In this document: piece by piece, positions 58,887-64,000 of the stretch | Position numbering within the stretch: position 1 is the stretch's first letter | Layout: each line of letters begins with the position of its first letter | NCBI GenBank assembly: GCA_965200315.1 | Contig: OZ241362.1 | Span: forward strand, 4,384,001-4,448,000 | Origin: Candidatus Latescibacterota bacterium | GTDB taxonomy: Bacteria; Latescibacterota; UBA2968; UBA8231 | Direction of reading: 5' to 3' | Length of the DNA: 64,000 bases | The notes under the pieces: model-generated | What the model was told of the DNA's origin: nothing | Database searches by the model: none | The model's input: the letters and a program-made list of their open reading frames with translations, nothing else | Translations under genes and position numbers: made by a program

Positions 58887-60225
58887 GGCACTGGGTTTTT
58901 TCGCCTGCGCATTGCTTTGCGCTTGCGACGGCGACGGCGACCACTTAGCAGCAGCCAAGCGTCTAGCGACAGAAGGCAAATACACCGATGCCGTCGCCGC
59001 GTGCCACCAAGCACTCGCAGCCAATAGCCAGCACCTTGAAGCCCTCTTGCTCTTGGCTCGCCTCAATCTGGTTCAAGGCCATCTAGCGCCGGCGGCGCAA
59101 CTGGCCGAGCAGGCCGTTCAGCTAGCCCCCGACTACGCCGATGCCTATCTACTTTTGGGCGATATCTACATCCGGCAGCGGCGCAACGCCGATGCTGCAA
59201 TAATCTATCAAGAGGGTCTGCACACCGTCCCCGAGCGGGAGGATTTCTACCGCAAACTCGCCATAGCCTACGCCGACGACGGGCACTACAGTGAAGCCAT
59301 AGAGGCCCTCCAACAAGCCCTGCAACACTCCGACGACGCAGCCATTCACTACAATTTGGGCGTGGTCTATGAGCGGCAGGCGCACTACGACGAGGCTAGC
59401 CGCGCATTTGCCCGCACCACTGAGATAGACACCGCCTATGGCGACGCTTATTTTCGGCTGGGGCAAATCCAAGGCAAGCAGGGCCTATTCGAGGAGGCCG
59501 CGGCTAACTTCGCGCGCATGATCACCCTAGACCCAAACTACGCCCCGCCCTATACTGGGCTTGGCCAAGTCCGCATGCAGCAAGGTCGCTCAGACGAAGC
59601 CGAGCGCCTCTTTAAGCAAGCCATTGCCCTTGACCCCTTTGAAGGCGAAGCCTACCACCGACTCGGTACGCTCTTTTTGCGGCGGGGAGACCAAGAACGG
59701 GGCGAGAAGCTCTTGGCCATGTTCAAACGCATCCAACCCGTCAGCGCCGATATCGAGCGTTTCCGCTATATCCTCAACCTCTACCCCGACGACGCCAACG
59801 CGCACTACAACCTAGGAGTGCTCTACGGAGGGCTTGGTCGCTACGCCGAGGCCGGCGTCGAGTACGCTGCGGCATTGCGCATCAACGACCAAGATCTCAG
59901 TGCCCGCAACAACTTGGCCAATGTTCTCCTGCGGCAGCGACGCATCGACGAAGCGATCCACCACTACGAGATCGCGCTGGCGCTCAATCCGCGCTATGCC
60001 CAAGGCTTTAACAATCTGGGCTCGGCTTATCTGATGAACGGCGATTTGCAGCAAGCCATCCAAGCTTTTGCCAAGGCGCTCAAGCTAGCACCGGACAACG
60101 CCGATACGCACTTCAATCTTGCCCGTCTTTACAAAAGCCAAGGGCTGGATGCGCGGGCCGCCGCTGAGATGAAGATCTACAATCAGCTTGTACAGGCCGC
60201 TAAAAAAAAAGAACACAGTGAGTGA
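58867..60225 (+). CDS. TPR-repeat lipoprotein
   Basis: Lipobox LCAC; many TPRs (HYNLGVVY, AYFRLG, NNLGSAY). Confidence 0.88.
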   Translation: MTRLSYRALGFFACALLCACDGDGDHLAAAKRLATEGKYTDAVAACHQALAANSQHLEALLLLARLNLVQGHLAPAAQLAEQAVQLAPDYADAYLLLGDIYIRQRRNADAAIIYQEGLHTVPEREDFYRKLAIAYADDGHYSEAIEALQQALQHSDDAAIHYNLGVVYERQAHYDEASRAFARTTEIDTAYGDAYFRLGQIQGKQGLFEEAAANFARMITLDPNYAPPYTGLGQVRMQQGRSDEAERLFKQAIALDPFEGEAYHRLGTLFLRRGDQERGEKLLAMFKRIQPVSADIERFRYILNLYPDDANAHYNLGVLYGGLGRYAEAGVEYAAALRINDQDLSARNNLANVLLRQRRIDEAIHHYEIALALNPRYAQGFNNLGSAYLMNGDLQQAIQAFAKALKLAPDNADTHFNLARLYKSQGLDARAAAEMKIYNQLVQAAKKKEHSE

Positions 60226-61735
60226 AGACCAGCTAAACCACCAAAACCGCTTGCTGCTCTACGGCACCGTAACCATCTCCGGGGCGGCGGTGATGATGCT
60301 AGAGCTGTTGGGCACGCGCATCATTGGCCCCTTTTACGGGGTCAGCCTCTACGTGTGGTCGTCGCTCATATCCGTCGCTTTGATCGCCTTGGCACTGGGC
60401 TATTACCTCGGCGGCTTGGTCGCCGACAAACAGACGCGCTTCCGGCTTTCCTATGCCATAGCACTCGCCGGGCTGACGACGGCTGTGATTCCGCTCGTCA
60501 GCCGCCCGATCTTGCTGTGGACCAACGACCTGGGGCTGCGCGCTGGGGCTTTTACTAGTGCCCTGCTGCTCTTTGCCTTGCCGCTGACTTGCCTCGGGAT
60601 GGTGGGGCCACAGGTAATCGCACTGGCGGCACGGCGGCGGGCAGGCGTGGGCATGGCAGCCGGCTCGGTCTTTGCGGTCAGCACGGTCGGCAGCGTGGTG
60701 GGCACCTTGCTGCTGGGCTTTTTTCTGCTGCCGGCCTTTGGGTCGCGGGTGATTCTCTACGCAGTCAGCGCGGCCTTGATCCTGTTGGCAATCGTCGTCG
60801 CATGGTACGAGCGGCGATGGGGGCACTCAGCACTGGGGCTGGTCGTAGCCGCAGCGATCGCGACCGGCGCGGGACTGTGGCTACAGCCCGATCTGGGCCC
60901 GCCCGAATACGGAGATTATCGCCTAGTCCACCAAGCCGAAAGCCACTATGGCTGGGTGCGGGTCGTCGATGACCGCGACCGCCGGGTGCGGTGGATGCTG
61001 TCGGACGCTTCGGTCATCAGCGCAATCCGGCTCGACACGCGCGGGCCGGTGCTCAGCTACCAAAAAATCATCGCCGACCTGCCCCAATTACGCCCAGAGG
61101 GACGCAATGCGCTGCTGATCGGCCTCGGCGGAGGCTACATTGCCATGGCATTTGCAGCCCAAGGCATTGCCACCGACGCCCTAGAGCTAGACCCAGAGGT
61201 GGCAAAAGCCGCGCAGCAATACTTTCTCTACGAACCATCGGGTGCGCTGCGAGTCGGCGATGCCCGCTACGAAATCCGCCGCCTCGATCAGCAATACGAC
61301 TTCATCGTCCACGACTGTTTCACCGGCGGGTCCGTACCCAGCCACCTGCTGAGCGTCGAAATGCTCGGCGATCTCGACCGGCTCCTCAAAGGCGACGGCC
61401 TCTTGGCCGTGAACTTCGTCGGCTTTACCGAGGGACCCGAAGCCGATGCCGCGGCGGCCGTGTACCGAACACTCGGAGAGCTCTATCCGCACCGGTTGGC
61501 CCTCGTCACAATACCGGGCGCGGAGTTTAACGATTTTGTCTTTTTGGCTTCGCGGCAGCCGATTTCCCTAGCGGATGAAGCCAAGTGGCTCGCGGCACAC
61601 CAACATCCCATGCCCGCCGAGGGCGACCTCATCACCGACGACTTCAACCCACTCGAACGACTACAAGTGGCCAAGGCCGAGCGCTATCGCGCCCTTTTGC
61701 TGGAGCGCATGGGGCCGATGCTGCTGGCCTTCTGA
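60218..61735 (+). CDS. Fused membrane domain / spermidine synthase-like SAM-binding protein
   Basis: MMLELLG.R...WSSLISV, STVGSVVG; LLIGLGGG, ELDPEV, GDAR, HDCF, TDDFNP. Confidence 0.88.
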   Translation: MSEDQLNHQNRLLLYGTVTISGAAVMMLELLGTRIIGPFYGVSLYVWSSLISVALIALALGYYLGGLVADKQTRFRLSYAIALAGLTTAVIPLVSRPILLWTNDLGLRAGAFTSALLLFALPLTCLGMVGPQVIALAARRRAGVGMAAGSVFAVSTVGSVVGTLLLGFFLLPAFGSRVILYAVSAALILLAIVVAWYERRWGHSALGLVVAAAIATGAGLWLQPDLGPPEYGDYRLVHQAESHYGWVRVVDDRDRRVRWMLSDASVISAIRLDTRGPVLSYQKIIADLPQLRPEGRNALLIGLGGGYIAMAFAAQGIATDALELDPEVAKAAQQYFLYEPSGALRVGDARYEIRRLDQQYDFIVHDCFTGGSVPSHLLSVEMLGDLDRLLKGDGLLAVNFVGFTEGPEADAAAAVYRTLGELYPHRLALVTIPGAEFNDFVFLASRQPISLADEAKWLAAHQHPMPAEGDLITDDFNPLERLQVAKAERYRALLLERMGPMLLAF

Positions 61736-61751
61736 CAAAAGGAGCGTTGCC

Positions 61752-62270
61752 ATGCTAAAAATTCTCAAGGTTCCCGTAGAGCCATTGACCCCCTCGGCCT
61801 TTGCTCCTTTCGGGCAAATCATCTCCACCTTTGACGAGGCCAAACCCGAGGTCGTGGTGGGCGCACTCGTCGAACGCGCATACCCCGTACGGGCCGAAGT
61901 CAAAGACCCCACATCCGATCAGCTCGACCTATCCGAGGGCCGGCTGCGGGCGCACTTTGCCTTTCACGACGACGCCGGGCAGTCCTTCTATCCGAGTCGG
62001 CACTGCCCGACCGTCTTTTTCGTGGCCCCGATTCAGCCCATGATCGAGCCGGAAGATCTGCGCGCCTTTTACTCCGATGGCAGCACCGGCATCTGCATGC
62101 ACCTAAAGGTGTGGCACACCATGCCCGTGTGCCTGCGCGGCGAGGAGGTGTACCTAACCGTGCGCGGCAACCAGAACTATCACGACCACTCGGTCGACGT
62201 CCACTTCGACCAAGATCGCGGCTTGGCCCTGCTGCCCGACATGAGCAGCGTCCCCAACTGGCAGGAGTAG
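61752..62270 (+). CDS. Ureidoglycolate lyase-like cupin
   Basis: EPLTPSAFAPFG, H..GQSF.P, LRAF...G..VWH; AAGGAG RBS. Confidence 0.65.
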   Translation: MLKILKVPVEPLTPSAFAPFGQIISTFDEAKPEVVVGALVERAYPVRAEVKDPTSDQLDLSEGRLRAHFAFHDDAGQSFYPSRHCPTVFFVAPIQPMIEPEDLRAFYSDGSTGICMHLKVWHTMPVCLRGEEVYLTVRGNQNYHDHSVDVHFDQDRGLALLPDMSSVPNWQE

Positions 62271-62273
62271 CCA

Positions 62274-63518
62274 ATGGACAAGGTGCGCCTAGCCCTCGTC
62301 GGCTGCGGCGGCATGGGCACCCGCCATCTGCACGGCCTCAAGCAGCTAGCCGACTCTCCCTTCGACGCAGTCGAACTAAGCGCGGTCTGCGACATCAGCG
62401 CGGAAAACGCCGAGATGGCCGCTGTCGAAGCCGAGAAGCTCCTCGGGATCCGCCCCAAGGTCTGTACCAACATGGAGGCGATGGTCCAGCAGGTGCCGGA
62501 CCTGGAGGCTGTGGATGTGGTGACCGATCCCTCGGTGCATCACACCGTCGTCTGCGAGGCCCTCGACTTGGGTTTGCACGTGCTAGTTGAAAAGCCGCTG
62601 GCCATCACCGTGCGAGCCTGTCAGCGAATCCTCGACGCAGCCGCGCGCAACGAGCGCATTGTCTCCGTAGCTGAAAATTTCCGCCGCGACCCGTCGGCCC
62701 GCATCGTGCGCCACCTGCTCGACACCGGTGCCATCGGCACGCCCTATATGGGATTGTATCACTCGCTCGGCGCGGGCAATTCCATTTTTATCACCCCTTG
62801 GCGGCACCGCCGGGAGTTGGGCGGCTTTATCCTCGACATGGCCGTCCACTTCACCCACATGATCCGCTACCAATTGGGGGATTTTGCCGAAGTCTATGCC
62901 GATGCGCGGATGATAGAGCCGGAGCGGCAAAAATCGTCAACCATGTCCATGGACTACGAGTTCTACAAAAGGCGCTTCGCTGCCATGCCCGAGCGCATAC
63001 CCGCCGCGGCCGAGGACACGACCCAAGCGATCTTCAAAATGGAGAGCGGCGCAACCCTAAACTGGATCGTCGGGATAGCCGGCCACGCGGGCGCGCACCG
63101 CGAGCTAATCATGGGCACCGACGGCAGCATTGACGGCTTTGGCGTACGCGGAGGACGCATAACGCTTGCGCGGCGCGATGCCGAGGCCCTGAGCCAAGAG
63201 GACATCCTCGCGTCTGCCGAGGGCGCGGGATTGGCATTCGACCCGCTGACTCGCTACCTCTTTCCGAGCGGCGTCTCGGGCGGCGATCCGCTCGTCGATC
63301 TGAAGCTAATCGCGTATGAGTTGCACGAAATGGCGGAAGCCGTTCGCGGCCAGCGCACCGTCGAAGTGGATGGCCGCTGCGGCTTGAAGGACGTGGCCGC
63401 GCTCTACGCGGTATTTGAGTCGTGGTGCGCCGGTGGCCCGGTTTCGCTCAGCGCGGTCGAATCCTGCCAATCGTACGCCTATCAAGCGGAGATAGACGCC
63501 GCCTTGGGCATCGACTAA
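62274..63518 (+). CDS. Gfo/Idh/MocA oxidoreductase
   Basis: VGCGGMG, HVLVEKPLA, ENFRR, GGFILDMAVH. Confidence 0.9.
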   Translation: MDKVRLALVGCGGMGTRHLHGLKQLADSPFDAVELSAVCDISAENAEMAAVEAEKLLGIRPKVCTNMEAMVQQVPDLEAVDVVTDPSVHHTVVCEALDLGLHVLVEKPLAITVRACQRILDAAARNERIVSVAENFRRDPSARIVRHLLDTGAIGTPYMGLYHSLGAGNSIFITPWRHRRELGGFILDMAVHFTHMIRYQLGDFAEVYADARMIEPERQKSSTMSMDYEFYKRRFAAMPERIPAAAEDTTQAIFKMESGATLNWIVGIAGHAGAHRELIMGTDGSIDGFGVRGGRITLARRDAEALSQEDILASAEGAGLAFDPLTRYLFPSGVSGGDPLVDLKLIAYELHEMAEAVRGQRTVEVDGRCGLKDVAALYAVFESWCAGGPVSLSAVESCQSYAYQAEIDAALGID

Positions 63519-63542
63519 TCACGCCAATGAAAGGAGATTGCC

Positions 63543-64000
63543 ATGTGGAACCTCGTCAAAATCCCAGTCGAACCGCTCGTACCCGAGACGTTTGCCCCCT
63601 TCGGCCACGTAATTCGCACCTTTGAGGAGCGCAAGCCGGACAAGGTCAAAGGCGGTTATGCCACCAATGCATACCCGGTCCTCGCCACGCCCGGCCCTGA
63701 GCCCAAAGATGACCCCGGCTGGTACGCGCCCCATCCCCAGCGCGTACCTATCTCCGAAGGGTTGGAGCGCGCCCATTTTGCCTTTCACACGGACGCTGGC
63801 CAGTCGTTTTACCCCAGCTTGCACTCGCCGAGCGTGTTTCTCGTCGGAGCGATCCAAGACGACATTCAAGCCGAGGAACTGCGCGCTTTTTACTCGGCGG
63901 GCGACGTGGGCGTCTGCTTGCACCTCGGGGTGTGGCACACCATGCCCATCTGCGTCGAGGGCCACGACGTGTATCAGACCACGCGCGGCGACCAAGACTA
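63543..64000 (+). CDS. Second ureidoglycolate lyase-like cupin, runs off the window end
   Basis: Manual translation MWNLVKIPVEPLVPETFAPFG...HFAFHTDAGQSFYPS...LRAFYS...GVWHTMP; AAAGGAG RBS. Confidence 0.7.
   Translation, partial: MWNLVKIPVEPLVPETFAPFGHVIRTFEERKPDKVKGGYATNAYPVLATPGPEPKDDPGWYAPHPQRVPISEGLERAHFAFHTDAGQSFYPSLHSPSVFLVGAIQDDIQAEELRAFYSAGDVGVCLHLGVWHTMPICVEGHDVYQTTRGDQD

Noticed and set aside
60202-60210. A9 tract that could fuse the TPR and spermidine-synthase-like genes by slippage
   Set aside because: It encodes a Lys run at a normal gene overlap; both genes are complete and nothing else indicates phase variation

Overview
GC-rich (about 60%, by eye) bacterial chromosomal segment. 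The gene content (FlgD/T9SS-CTD-like proteins, DUF6785-type transporter, a TWGxVK-tailed protein, sulfatase, PhyH, CRTAC1, Uma2) suggests a Latescibacterota/Gemmatimonadota/Poribacteria-like organism; this is inference only. Housekeeping genes are proS, thrS, acetolactate synthase, dCMP deaminase and sucA-sucB, mixed with catabolic genes and several decayed TA/ATPase remnants. Highlights: (1) a ~16 kb same-strand envelope cluster (44.2-60.2 kb) with a polytopic transporter, three paralogous secreted proteins sharing an (F/L)TP(N/Q)GD motif and terminal -AY, a probable Ca-binding beta-barrel protein, a CBM9-like protein, a lipoprotein, a PPIase and a TPR protein; (2) an IS1595-family element with perfect 23-bp TIRs (28376-30218) carrying a half-size HsdS passenger, located where a deletion joins a Type II RM pair to a beheaded Type III Res gene; (3) an unannotated leaderless Thr-rich peptide attenuator upstream of thrS; (4) a 50-bp duplication of the ALS 3' end bracketing a uxuA-like gene; (5) a candidate ~170-nt structured ncRNA; (6) an in-frame palindromic insertion in a DUF3179 gene. 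All family calls come from motif recognition by eye; no searches were run.
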